Below are positions 42,679 through 56,039 of a stretch of DNA of 64,000 nt, piece after piece. The stretch spans positions 28,861,837-28,925,836 of the forward strand of contig CP154954.1 of assembly GCA_039621445.1 (NCBI GenBank), given 5' to 3'. How positions within the stretch are numbered: the first letter of the stretch is position 1; each line of letters opens with the position of its first letter. Below the pieces are notes generated by a model. The model ran no database searches. It saw only the letters and a program-made list of their open reading frames with translations, and was not told the origin of the DNA. Origin of the DNA: Euglena gracilis. Lineage: Eukaryota. The position numbers and the translations under genes are program-made.

Positions 42679-44849
42679 CAAGATTTTGTGCTTAAAAGAA
42701 ACGCCCCGAAAGTGCCCGAAACCATGGCGTGAAGCACATCGCTGGGCCTCTTTCGACAGTTACAAATAAACGTGGTTTGGATGGCAAAAACCCCAAATTT
42801 TGATGTTTCTCGCAGATTTCAAATGGTGAAGATCACATACTACGCAGAAACACGACTCCAATGACTCTGTTTGGGGACATGGTGCTTCGTGCAACTGCCC
42901 GGGCGATAAGGCAGGGAGGTCGGGCCTTCAGGCTCTGCGTCCTGGTAGGTGCACTCCCCCTGCAAACCAACCCCAAAAGGGAAGCCAACGGAGAGCGACC
43001 CAAACAAAAGGCAGCAGACTACCCAAACCAACCCCAAAGAGGGTATGGAGCATGGGTATCAATATGTAAGGAACCACTGGTTCCAAGCATCAAACTACCC
43101 ACCCGCCACCTGCTCTAAGGCCGAAACCTGGTAACCGAAGCCGTGGCACCGTGAGGCTGCACTGGAATTTCAAAGTCATGGTGTTGTGCCTGCACTATGT
43201 ATCCCCCACAAAGCCGGAGGGCAGAAGACAAGAGTAGCACTGGGGCAAAGACAGCAAAAAACAAATTCTGTTTACAAAAACACCAAAAAAATTTTTTTGA
43301 AAAATCAAAAATTGACCTTTTTTGTGAAATGGCCAGTTTTTGAGGAAAATGTTCTAAAATCATTTTTGGTCATCAAAAAGTGAAGTTTTTAATTATTCCA
43401 CACTCTTCATCCCAAAACCCCAAAATGATGGCAAACGTGAACGCCAGCACCCTTTACGGACTACGAAGCTGCAGAGATGAAAAATGACCTATTTTCTAAA
43501 GAAAAAAAACATTTCAAAAAAAATTCTTCCCCAAACCCTCCATGACATTTTTTTGTTTTTTTTTTCAAAAAAACAAGCCGTCAACCTCGAAAGACACCCT
43601 CTGCACCCTCACTTTGGCGACCCCAACCACCGCCACACGCCACAAAAACAATTGTCACAAATGGTGTGTGGTCGCCTCTTTTGGAGGCCACGTATACTCA
43701 CCCCCCCCTCACAATGGTCACCCTCCAAGCACTGGAGATCAGTCACATCAGAGATATCACTATTGGGATTTTGGAATCCTCTCCCCCCCCCAAGGTGAAG
43801 TTCACTGTTTGAAAGATCACCAGGGGTATTGGTGCAGAAACAAATTATTCTCAGGGGTGGGAGACTTGGGAAAAAACTTTCCAGGTTTTCCAGGTTCCAA
43901 ATTTACAGGTTCCAGGCTTTCAAACAATTCTCCCCGCTCAAAGGCATGGCTTGCCACGAGACATATAAGGGACGCAACTTGTGGGCCAGTGCAAAGGTCG
44001 ATGAGCGTTCTGTGTTTTTCAAGATGCATCAAGTAAGGTGCTCAGGTCAAGGGAGAACAGGTCTTCTTTATACACATTGCACACAGCAAAGTGGTTCACA
44101 CTGGCATGGAAAAGGAATGGGCCTCAAAAATGGGGAGAAAAACTGCACGTGATTCATACCTTTTAAAGGAAATTTTGTCAGCAATTTTCCATGCTATCCA
44201 AGGCGTGCTTGTCTGATTTGGGAGCGAAGGTAAATTTTTAAACGCCGCAGGGTGGAAAAGGAACGCTCCGTGGTTGCGGAAGAGATCAGAATGGTCAGAC
44301 ACAACCTCACCATCGCAACTACGATGCCAAGTTAGTCACCCCTTTGGGAGGGGAGTTTGGCCAAGGGGCACTAATAGGGGGGGGTGACTCTCTCGGGGGG
44401 GACAATTTATGCCCAAATATTGCCCCCTAACCGAATACTTGGGGGTTTCAAGGTTGTTTTCGGGCATTCCAGGGCACTTTTCATGGACGGCAACCATCAA
44501 AAAAGTCCGATGGCCAAATTTGGTGGTTTTTTTTCAAAAAAATATTTCCCTTCAAAACATTGTTTTTGCCTGGGGCCCAAGGGTGACTACCCACACCCCC
44601 CCCCTCAAAGTGGCCACCCTCCAGACATCGTGGGAGCCCAAAATGGCCACTCCGGCAGGGGGGAAACTTAGGGGGGTCAGGTTTTGGCCTCTGTTGCCTT
44701 TGGCGGCAAAGGAAAATGGCCATTTTGGGGGGGTAACCTGAAATTTGCCAAAATTTTTGGCCACTTTGGGGGAGGGACACTTTGAGGGGGGGGGGGGGCT
44801 GAGTGTAAGAGGGGGGTGACTAACTAGGGTGGGGGCATGGTACCGACGG

Positions 44850-45960
44850 TTATATGGCGCGGATTGCCAACTCCAGAACAATTTTTTCGTCATGTTTGAG
44901 AGCACGAAGTGTACAGGGTACAGGGTACATTGTAAAAGTGAAATTGGGCACCATTTCGAACGGTATTGATAGGGTCAATTTGAAGAGGATGTGAAACCCA
45001 ACAGTGGAGAGTGTCACCACAGGAAGTTGGACTCGCAAAAAAGGCTCCGGCTCCAGGCCAGGGCTTGAAGACCCCCCAATGCTTGTCAGCCGGAAAACCT
45101 TCAAGACATGTTGCATGCACCATCATAGCCTTGGCCACGGCAATTCTTCATGGCCAAAAAAACAAGCAACGATGACTTTGAGCACATCAAACAACGCACT
45201 TCCGCTCAGGTCGAGCACTTGATAGAACCCGCACCACAGTTCTTTACAATGCAGTTGTCATCGACAACGCAGGCCGAAGGACAATTGTTCACGCACTGAG
45301 ATGCCAGTGGTTTCATCCATTCTCACGGCGAAATGCTTCATGCTTTGTACGTGGTCGAACTTGCTTTGCAAAATCTTATTTGCAAACATGCGGACAATTT
45401 CATTTTGCATGTCTAGTGATGTCCATTTCGGGCGATCCCCTACCAACCAAGACGCCAAGACCGGAAGGTCTTCTTTCTGCAACTCAAGCGGTTGTTCAAT
45501 GTTCCACTCCGTTGCATGGTGGTGACGGGTCCAGCCAACACACCATTTGCGCACAACAAAACCAATGGTTCTCTCCAATCCTCCGAAGCCTTAAAATTTC
45601 TTCAGATTTTTGGATTTACTTCAAATTCTTTCAGGGGTGATATCCGGGTCATGTGTTAAATTCGGGGGGGTTAGCGGGACAACCACCCAATTTTGTTTCC
45701 TCTGAAGGTATTCCAGTTTTTCTGGAGATCATGGGGAACACTAACAAAAACATTTACTGTTAAAAAAAAGTCCGTTGGTAGGGATGTATTGTGCTGTCAG
45801 ATATCCCAAGGACTGAAAAATGGCTTTCAGGGCAATGAGTGCCTCCCTCATCGCAGCAATCTTTTCCTTGCTTATCACCAACGACACCGCCCACTCCTTG
45901 TGGTCAAGCCCATCACAGCTGCTCTTTCAAGTTGGAGAAGGATGACATCATGTTTGACAT
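44850..45960 (-). pseudogene. Degraded hAT (ZMYM1-like) transposase
   Basis: WTSLDMQNEIV and MDETTGISVREQLSFGLR, resembling the hAT DETTDIS..EQL motif around the first catalytic Asp. Confidence 0.7.
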
Positions 45961-48900
45961 GTTTGCTAAAAATATGCTAAATATCACAGCTGGTCATACA
46001 TGAAAACCTCAATGCTAGACGTTGGAGGTGGAATGTTCAAGCGCACAGCTTCTTCAAAACTTAAACCACCGTGTTTGACACGCCGGGTTCAGGACAGAAC
46101 CGGCGTCCCCCCCCACGGGGTTTCCACGGGTTCTGTCCTAAAGCCCGGCTTTTGCAACACCGGTTTTGTTCAAAACCCGGCGTCCGGTTTTCATTCCTAA
46201 AAATGTCACCAAAAGTGCCCAGACGTGGCCCGAAGGTGCTGGGGGGGGGGGTCCGGCCAGGGGGGGAGGTGGGGTTTTGGCGTGGCGAGGGTGTCCGGGA
46301 TGGGTGGGGGGGGTGCGCGGGGGTTTGCCAAGAAAATTTTATCTGGCGGGCCTGACATGGCGCGGAGAGGGGGTCTGAAAAGGGGGCGGAGGGGTGGTAA
46401 AACGGCGTGGCGAGGGGGTCGGTGAGGGGGGTGGGAGGGGTGTGCCGACACCCCTGGTATCACTGTTGCAACCATCTGGGACAATGAACTTTGCCACCTG
46501 GGGACCATTGGGGTGGATATCCAAATTTGGTGAAAATTGGCCCAGATTTGGAAATAGAGTACTGTGCAGCGTGGAACGATCTGATGAGCACCCACAGTAT
46601 GCATTTCTGGAATTGTTGGGTTCAATTGTTTAGAATTTTTAAAAACCAACTGGCCACTTCAGAAATTGACATTTAAAGGGGATACCCTTCCTGGACACAG
46701 AACTCCCAGAACTTTCTAAAACTGATGTCATAACGTGGGAGATTTCTCAGTTGGCTCAAATAAAACGAGATATTTTCAGTGAAACGTTTTTCTTTGAAGA
46801 CCCTTCCTGACTGCATCAGAAAAAGCAGGGGCCAACGAGTTTGGGGCATTTCTTACCCCAAGCAATTCTGGAAAAGACCCCACTGGTGCTGTGTTTGTAT
46901 CACTGTAAATCTCCTGTCCTGCAGTTTAATTAACAGCGGCCACCAGGTCATCCCAACCCAGTGAAGGATCACAGTCCTGCACTGAAGGTCGGGATTCTGT
47001 TTCAATCTTATCACTAGGGCAAAATTAGATTCCAAGGGGGGTTTGTTTAATCTTGGAAACCTTCCAAAGGGCATTACAGGCCGTTGACAGCCAGGGCCTG
47101 ATTACGACGCCACCGAGCCACAAATTTTGGTAGTTGACCATTGCCAGGGCTGGCAAACTTGTGGACGTGCGGCAGAAAGTTGTTTTCTTTGCAGATGCAA
47201 CAATTTTTTTTACCTTTGATGTTTTCAGGGTATAGTCCCCCCTCTCTATTTTCCATCGACTTGTGCCATCTGCTAACATTTCCTCTGACTCGACCCGGAT
47301 TGGGACAATTTTCACCTGCTTTTGGTGGCACCAAGGTAAAAATGGTTTTATGAGAGTGTTGTAAGGAGACTTTCCCCCCCTTTTGTCGGGTAACTGTAAG
47401 CTACATGATTGTCCATAGTGAGCTGTATTGTTTCCCATTTTTTGCCAAGCTTTGAGTGGCAGCAATGGAGGCTTTTAACCCCTTTAGGTTGATATGAAGG
47501 CCTTTTTCTGATCTTCAGAATTTGTGCAACCTTTCACTAAATTTGCATGCAGTACACCCCACCACTCGTAGGAAGGATATGAGAAAATTTGTCTTACTGG
47601 TGTAGGCTACAGGGGAGAAGGGGTACTTGCCTGAAAACACACCTCAGCTTTCCCCACCACCTGTGCCAGGCCCCCAGGGCAAGCAACTGGGAATGCCTTT
47701 CTAACCAATCTCCCATTGCAATCTGTCAAACTTGAACCCTGAACTTGAATTTTCAAAATCCCTTACACACTTCCCAACACACCAATCCAAGATCTTGCCA
47801 GAATACACTGCTGCAAAGTGATGTACTGTTTGCCGTAACACTGTGAAAAACACAAAGTAGAATTTTGCCGATAATAATCTCTTTTCTGGCCAGCCTAATT
47901 TAAGATTGCAATCACAGATTCTGGAATCTTTTGCTGTCCACTCTCACTGAGCATTTTTGTTTTGGTTTTTGTCTTGCCATTCCTTTGGTAAAAGTCTAAT
48001 TTTTTTCACCTGATCTTTCAGGGGTTCTGGGATAGGCAACTTGTGATCCAAACCCTGTTGAATATTTTGGTCTGAAAATTGCCCCAGGAGATCCGTAAAG
48101 GCCCCGAGGCAGGGCAACACAGCTAAAAAAACTTCTGACGTGCCCCAAAATTGCGGCAGCTTTTTTGCAGGACACTTCTGGCTGAGTTAAAAACATTTCT
48201 AACTCCTTCCCGGTGCCCTTTAACTTCCTTGGGGGGACTTGTAGAACACCTTTTTGAAGTTCCAGAAAAAAGCCTAACTGTTCCAGCTGTTGGCTGGGGG
48301 TGACTTCTGATTTTTCCCAGTTGATGCCCATGCCACTTTCCTGAACCAAGGACATGCGTCTTTGGGCCATCTTTTCTGCCCTTGCTACCAGCAAAATGTC
48401 GTCCAAATATACGAAAATCTGGAGCCCTTGCTTTCTCCATTTTATTATTAGGAAAACGTTCGTTACCTCCATCCAGAGATAAGGTAGGGTGCTTGGGCAA
48501 AAACAAGCACCCTCCATCTCAAAAGGGTTTTCTCCGAGTTGCACTGGAATGTACGGTTTTAGTGCTGCTGAAAGTTCCTGGAGGAAGATGCACTTTTTAT
48601 GTCCACCTTGGCTGCCCACATCCCCTTCTCCAACTGCGGTAAAATGCTGTGGTCCAGTTTGAACTTTGGGGGTTGCAGCACTTGATTTATAGTTCTGCAG
48701 TCTGAGATAAGTCTCGGTTTTTCTTTTCCATTGGACTCCAGTTTTTGAATTATAAAACAGGGAACCAATAATTTCGTTCCCTCACAGGTCACCTCCTTTG
48801 CTGCCCCCACCTCTACATACTCTTGCATGACTTTCAGCGCTTGGATTATTTCCTCTGGGGTTTTTCTCTGCCCCTCGCAGCCAAGATCCAGGTTGGGGTA

Positions 48901-50328
48901 GTGAGGTTCCAACCCCACTTTTATCAACGTTAGCACAATGGGGGGTACACTTTTTTCTCATCAAGGAACAACCTTTGGAATGGAGGTAGGCCTGCCAAAG
49001 GGTCTGCCTCTGGAAGTCTCAGAGATTTAGGTGAGCTCAGGTAATTGACATCCATGGGGAGTGACAGACATGTGGTAATCATGACCTCTTTGGTGAACAC
49101 ACGTGTGGCCATGACAAAACTGGCCTCCTTGGCCCTTGGATCCCCACAGTGGGGCAGGGATGGGGGAGATCGTACCTTTGCCCTTGGCTCCAGCGCCTTT
49201 GATGCTGGTAGCTGGCCTCCAGCTTGAGCCGCCTCTCCAGACACTTCGAAATCCTCCTCGAAATCCCCTTTTGGGACTTGACATTCCTCTGCCTTTCCAA
49301 AGGCCACCGGGCCTGTAGTTGCTGCTGGGCCCTTTAAAGGAACGAAACGAGTGCCCCTGAGGGGCAGAAGAAGACCTCCCATTTTGTGAAAAACCGTTTC
49401 TCGATTTCATACTTATCCTCTGGATAGAAGCCTCCATTCTGACGTTCCTGGCGTCGTCCTCGGTGAATAAAAGACCTCCTTCACCACCACCTTGTCTTCC
49501 TGTAGTCCCCGTTACGGCCAGTTCACGTCGTTCCTGTTAAATTTTGAAGTCCACATCACTTACATAGTGCCAAAGTTGTAGTTGGACTTCGTTGGAGACA
49601 GGGTTCACCCAGACGTACCCGTAGACTCGCCGGGGCGTGCAGCAGGTTGGTGCTGACGCTTTTAAGGAACTGGTCCTGTTTCTTCCGTGCGTCGCCCACG
49701 ATCTGATTCTTGGGCGCACGCGCTGGCAGGGTGTTGAACTTTTGGTGGGATCCGAGGACGACGAACGTCGATCCTGTTGTCACCAGAGGCCGCCCGATTC
49801 CACAGTGCTGCCAAGGGTTGTGGTAGTGGAGTCTCCAAGTCGTCCCAGGTGAAGTGCACGTACTCCTCTGCTTCCGTTTCGTCCAACTTTAGCGGGCTGC
49901 CAGGGATATCTTGGGGCAGGTTGCTGGTTTTCGGTGAAACTCTCGCCTCTCAAAGCCATATCTGCACAATCTGGAGTCAATTCGATGGCTGCAACTTCGA
50001 CATCGGGTGAAATTGTAATGGTGTATGACCAAACTCCTTTGTACGGCTCAACAGAGCCCTTCACCAATGCACAGCCTGTCAATTTGTGCGAGTTCTTTGA
50101 TGCTCTAACCTGGTTCCACCCAGTGCCTTGAAATCGGCAGCCAGCTCCCAAAGGCAATAGGATTTGTTCTTGTAGTGTGTCCAGTAAATGCTGCAGGGCT
50201 TCCAAGGCGAACAAGAGCCTTGCCAAGGACGCCTTCACGTCGAGTATCGCTGATGAGCTTCTGAAGCAAGTTACTATTACCAGTCATTGTGGCTGCTGCG
50301 CTTTGGGGGTTTATCTTGGTTTTAAAAC

Positions 50329-53300
50329 TGTTGGGGGACGGGGACCCCGCTCGCCCGGGGGGGCTGCTTTGGCTGGGGCCACAACCACTTTTTTCGGGCC
50401 CTGGAGGGCTCAGGCCAGGGCCTTTCTGAAATTAGGCCCCGTTTTCGAACATGCCAACCGGCGGTAAAGGGGGTGAGGTGTGCCCCCCCCCGACCCGGGG
50501 TCCTCAGTTGCCCCGCGTAGGATCTTTTTTTCTTTCCATTGTTCTTGTTTTCCCATTTCTCAACTTGCACTTTGTGGCTGAAAAATCCAAAGAGGCAAAA
50601 ACCAACCCACCTACTTAGGTGAGCAAATCAGCAGCACAAGACAAACCTGGCTTGGAGGTTTGGGAGTACCTGGGTTCAGGAAACCTGCTGCTTGGGGTAG
50701 GAAAACTATTTGGAAAGCAATGCCTTGTTTTCTTGGAATGACTGAATTGATTCTTTTGATTCTTCAATTCTCAGTTGACTTTTGTGCTTCTTTGATTGTC
50801 AAATCGAATTCTCAAATTCTTCCCGGAATTTGCTGGGGTTCCAATTCCACTCGCGTGGCGGTTGACTTGCTCTGGTGGTTCCTACCGGGGGTTTTGGGAA
50901 TTTTCTGGGAAATTTTTGGCTGCCGACGCCAGCGGCAGCCGACACCCCCTCCCTTGCGACGTTAGTCGGACCCGTTTTTCTGCCCCCCCCCCCGAACCAA
51001 AACGGGGAGAGTGAAATTGATTTTTTTTGTGGGGGACGAAAATTCTGTGTTTTTTTTTGAAACGGGTCCTGTCGCTTTTTTTTGAAAATCTGTGTTACGA
51101 GTCGGACCCCCCCCCAGCCATAATATCGGGTACATTGGGGGACTCTGAAAAATCAGGTCTACGGGGGAAGCCCCCCCACTCCTTTCCTCCGACAAGCATG
51201 GGGAACGGGTCTTTGAACACAAAATCTGAAAAACGATTCCAAACGAAACAAACTCTGGGCACTCCACCCCAAGGCCTAAGTCCCACGCTGCCCCCCTTGG
51301 TCAAAATTCTTTGTTTTTTTTGGCAGCTTTCAATATGTGAGACTTCATTCGATTTCAATTTTTTTAAAAAAAATCAGGGACTTTGGCCAACAGTGCCTCA
51401 GAAAATGACTTGTGTGGGGAAAGAGAAAACCAAAAACCTAGGCATTCCTTTCCAATTCGGGACAGAAAAGGTAAAGCGGTGAGGGTGAGAAAAATCAAAC
51501 GGTGAGGCAAAGGTGAGACGGTTATAAGGCGGGGATAGTGTACAGATGGGTGTGCGGGTTCGTGTGTACTTGTGTGTTTTGTGTGTATGCACGCTCACTT
51601 CCTTGTCATGCATTCCAACCGAAAATGACTGGGCCGATTTTTTTTTTTGACTGCAAAGAGAACAGGGCTTCACATTGGCCCTCAGCCACTATATCACAGG
51701 GCTTTAGTGCCCACGTGGCTGGGTTTTTTTTTTATTGGCCCACACCAGGGCCTTTGGACGGAGGAGGGGTCATCTCCGGTCCAGGGTCCCCCCCCCCCCC
51801 GAGTTCGGATGCCTCCAAGCTGTGTTCCATGAAAAAATGCCTTTGACCAATATCCAATAGTCCAAACCGAATCAAAAAACTGAGTTTTAAAACTCCAACT
51901 CGTTTTGTCGTCCACCAGAAAAATTATCAAAATCTCAGGTTTTTCCAACTCTTTGTGTAAAAATCCTCCAGCAACAAAACAAATCCTCAAAAAATCAAAA
52001 ATCTGGGTCCAACCCATAAATCCAGGGCCTACAAAAGCCCTCAACAAAATCCAATCAAGAATTCCAACTGCCACATACAACAAACAAAGTCCAACCGAGA
52101 GCAACCAACCCTACAGAAGCAACATCCAGCAGCATACCGTTGCGTAGGGGCCAGGCCATTCCAGCCCAACCCTGGGCTCAACCGATCCACTGGAGCTGTA
52201 AAACGAACAAATCCGGCTTGCCAATTAAAATTCACTGCCCCACCCCCAATCACACTGGGCAAGGGGGGTCAAGCGACATGGCAAACTCAAAAATACTGAA
52301 AATTCATATCCAATTTTCTCAGCCAAAGCGATTTTTCACTGCCCTCCTCCCCCCCAGTCACATGGGGCCCTGGGGGTCAATCTGGCTTCAGCCTCCAAAC
52401 AAAAAAATCACAAACCTGGGCCGTAATATCCAAACCGGCTGAAATCTCACAAATGTCAAAGGACGGGCCTTCACAATTCACAATGCCCCCCCCCGTCAAC
52501 CAATGCGGGGAGGGCCATGGGTTAAAAATTCCTGGCTGCAAAACTGAAATCCCCGTTCGATGAAAAAAATGGGAAAAAATGGAAATTTCATCAAACCCCG
52601 TCACAATCTGGGGTGTGACCAAAAACTGTCACGGTCACAAAATGATGCATTCCTGTCCCCACCCAAACGTCTCACAGGGTATCCAATTCTGAGTCAAAAA
52701 ATTCCAACCGTAAAACCAAATCTGATTTTGATCCACCACACCAACAAAAAACAGAGCTCAACACAGCCTCCCCCCCCCCCAGCTGCACGAGGAGGGAGAA
52801 AAAATGGCTCCAAACCACAAGCAAACTTCTGAGACCCAAAAACATGAAAAATCTGATCCAGCGCTGTGGGAGCAGCCAACCTGGACCTGGACCTGGGCAT
52901 TGGCCGTGCATCGGGCCACTGCCCACTGCAGGCTCTGTGAGGTCATTAAGCTTCTCTCCCCCAGCACTTCAGTAAAATAAATGAATACACCATTCTGCAA
53001 CTCCGCAACAATCCGCAATTGTGATCATCATCGTAATCATGTGATTCAATTGCTTGGGTCTCATTGATGTCATTGAAATCTGTTCTCAATCTTATTGAAA
53101 TGTTCATCCCAGTCTTTGAAGTTGATTCTTTGCAAATTGTCTGCTTTAGATCTCCATGTAATTCAATGTCAATGTAGTCATCATTGTCCCAGTCAACAAA
53201 CTTGAACTTGTTGAACAAATCAACCTTGAAATTCTCAAATTCTTTTGCGTTGATTCTCTTCGGTGCTTCTGTTTGATTGATTGATTGAACCTGCATGACC

Positions 53301-55833
53301 AAGCACACACACGCACAAAATTCACCACTGGCAACACAGAAGGCAGATTTCTGAATTTTCTCACTGAACCGAACCTGAAAATGCCACTGAACTCTGAACC
53401 AAAACGGCACTTAAAATCAGTATCTTGATCCATCCAATGGGTCACACGAAAACTGTGTATGCAAGCCCCAAAACTGTAAAAATTGCCCTCAGGAGGTTTG
53501 CATTGTGAGGCCTCATGTGATTCTCCCTTAAGCAGACTCCTACAGCTGAAAAAAATGCAACAGAAAGTGCAACCCACAGATCAACAGATTTTTCACTGAA
53601 AAACTGAACTGAATGATGATGATGCCACTGATGGGCCCAAAAATGGATTTTCCTCAGGGGTGTCTTTTCCTCCTGGGTTTATCCACCTTGGTTCCCACTT
53701 GGACTGAAAATTGAAAACTGTTTCCTGAGCCCTTAGATGGGTGGCCACAGGGGTGTTTATTCCTTGCCTGGGTCTAGCCCCACCCTCGGAACCCCTCTTT
53801 GCGCGCTTTCCAAAAAACTTTTTGGTTACGAGTGATCCATTAGAGGTCTCCCCCTACCTCAGGATTTGGCAAAAACCCAGATAAAACCTCCACAGGCCTG
53901 CTGGGCTGCCACACTCGAAAACCACAATGAAACTGGACTGAAAAATCCCGAGAAAATGTGCCGATTTTCCAACGTATGTCCCTGTCCGGGGGTAAAGTTT
54001 CTCTCTGGAAAAACTGTCCCGTGACAAAAGGACCAGCAAAAACCCAATTGAAAATTCCCCCTGAGATGTGTGATTTGTCCCCGTCTGGGATGGTGACACA
54101 TGTCAACACCATGCCCCACCCCGAATGACATTCGGGACAACCGAAAACTGAAAACTCTGAAACTGAAAATAATTGATCTGGCTGCCTGAACACTAGGAGA
54201 AAAATCCCAAGCATTGTGGCTGGGCGTCTCCATTTAAGTGGAAAGCAACTGGGGGAAAACATGAACCCCAGAAACCAGATTCAAAATGTTTGACTTGGCT
54301 GTTTTTCCATAAACCAAACTCTGCAAACTGAAAATCCAGATTTTGTTTCCGACCTGATTGCACATCTGCCTCCGACGCCAGAGCACCGTGAAAAACGTGT
54401 CACAAAACAACTACAAAACAACTCACAGAAACATACTCGACACTGTAAAGTGCTGTGCTGTGGCAGTCAGCGGTTAGACCTACTGAAAAAAAAATCACTA
54501 CCACCAGTGATGCGGTGGAAACCACCCCCAGCTGTTCCAGGGATTTGTGTACCAATCCCAACCCCACCAATCCTGAAACCAACTTGGTCTCAAAAATTGA
54601 AAGTCATTCCAACTGTTTTTGGCAGGTCTCCAGATTTTCTTCGTTTGTCTGAATTTTCTTCGCTGAGTGGCAAAATCTGAGGAAGATTTTTCAGAAGACA
54701 CTGATGACGGCTGTAAATTTGGAACATGTCCAGAATTCAGGTTCAAAGACACAAAATTTTCTGGGCTTGGCAATTTTTCACTGGACTGCAACTTTTCAGT
54801 AATTTGCAGTTCCAACATTTTTATTTGTTCTTCCATTCTTCCCATTTCTTTCCTTGCCGAACTCAATAAACATTGCACGTCAACCAGCTGTTGATTCAGA
54901 GCCTCGTCTCTCTCAGACAGGGACAGGGAATAATTTATGAAACGAGTTTCAAGGTCCAAACACCAACTTCGGAGAGCTTTGTCCATTCGTTCCATTCGTC
55001 GTTCAATTCTCCAACGCCACTCAGTCAGATTGAGTCCCTCAAGATAACTGGGCTCACGCTGGTTGGATCCTTCCTCAAAATTTTCACCGTCAGAATCCTC
55101 AAAAACAAGAGGATGGTCTTCTGTTTCAGTTTCACCTTTCAGAGATGAAGAACTACCACCTTCAACATCTGAACAGATTCTGCTGGCAGAGCCAGCAAAA
55201 TCAACCCCTCTGCTAACCATGTTGGGGGACGGGGACCCCGCTCGCCCGGGGGGGCTGCTTTGGCTGGGGCCACAACCACTTTTTTCTAGCCCTGGAGGGC
55301 TCAGGCCAGGGCCTTTCTGAAATTGGGCCCCGTTTTCGAACATGCCAACCGGCGGTAAAGGGGGTGAGGTGTGCCCCCCCGACCCGGGGTCCTCAGTTGC
55401 CCCGCGTAGGATCTTTTTTTCTTTCCATTGTTGTTGTTTTCCCATTTCTCAACTTGCACTTTGTGGCTGAAAAATCCAAAGAGGCAAAAACCAACCCACC
55501 TACTTAGGTGAGCAAATCAGCAGCACAAGACAAACCTGGCTTGGAGGTTTGGGAGTACCTGGGTTCAGGAAACCTGCTGCTTGTGGTAGGAAAACTATTT
55601 GGAAAGCAATGCCTTGGTTTCTTGGAATGATTGAATTGATTCTTTTGATTCTTCAATTCTCAGTTGACTTTTGTGCTTCTTTGATTCTCAAATCGAATTC
55701 TCAAATTCTTCCCGGAACTTGCTGGGGTTCCAATTCCACTCGCGTGGCGGTTGACTTGCTTTGGTGGTTCCTACCGGGGGTTTTGAGAATTTTCTGGGAA
55801 ATTTCTCGCTGCCGACGCCAGCGGCAGCCGACA
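50329..55833 (-). mobile_element. Non-autonomous LTR retroelement
   Basis: ~615-bp near-identical TG...CA repeats 50329-50944 and 55220-55833; 4-bp TSD AAAC; PBS TGGTTAGCAGAGG (minus, from 55219); PPT AAGGGAGGGG next to the 3' LTR; no recognisable RT/INT. Confidence 0.88.
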
Positions 55834-55907
55834 AAACTTGTCACTTTTGGACCGTCAGGGCAACGTCAGCCAACTGCCGGAGCGTAAAGCAGTAAGGGAG
55901 GACCGCG

Positions 55908-55980
<73 letters not shown>

Positions 55981-56039
55981 TCAGCCGGCGCAGAAAGCTA
56001 GGTCCCATCTTGGGGAAGTGCTGCAAAAGGGGGAGTCAT

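Noticed and set aside
46578-46633. CGATCTG as the 3' end of the last Pol X intron
   Set aside because: Complementary to the 18705 donor, but the downstream peptide (HPQYAFLELL) does not resemble a Pol X C-terminus
52600-53577. AlkB-like or metallophosphoesterase domain in the LTR cargo (NFY, HWMDQD, FGSVRKF, LHGDL, VFGHTP)
   Set aside because: Motifs are scattered over frames and the metal-ligand spacing is not preserved; cannot be supported without a profile search
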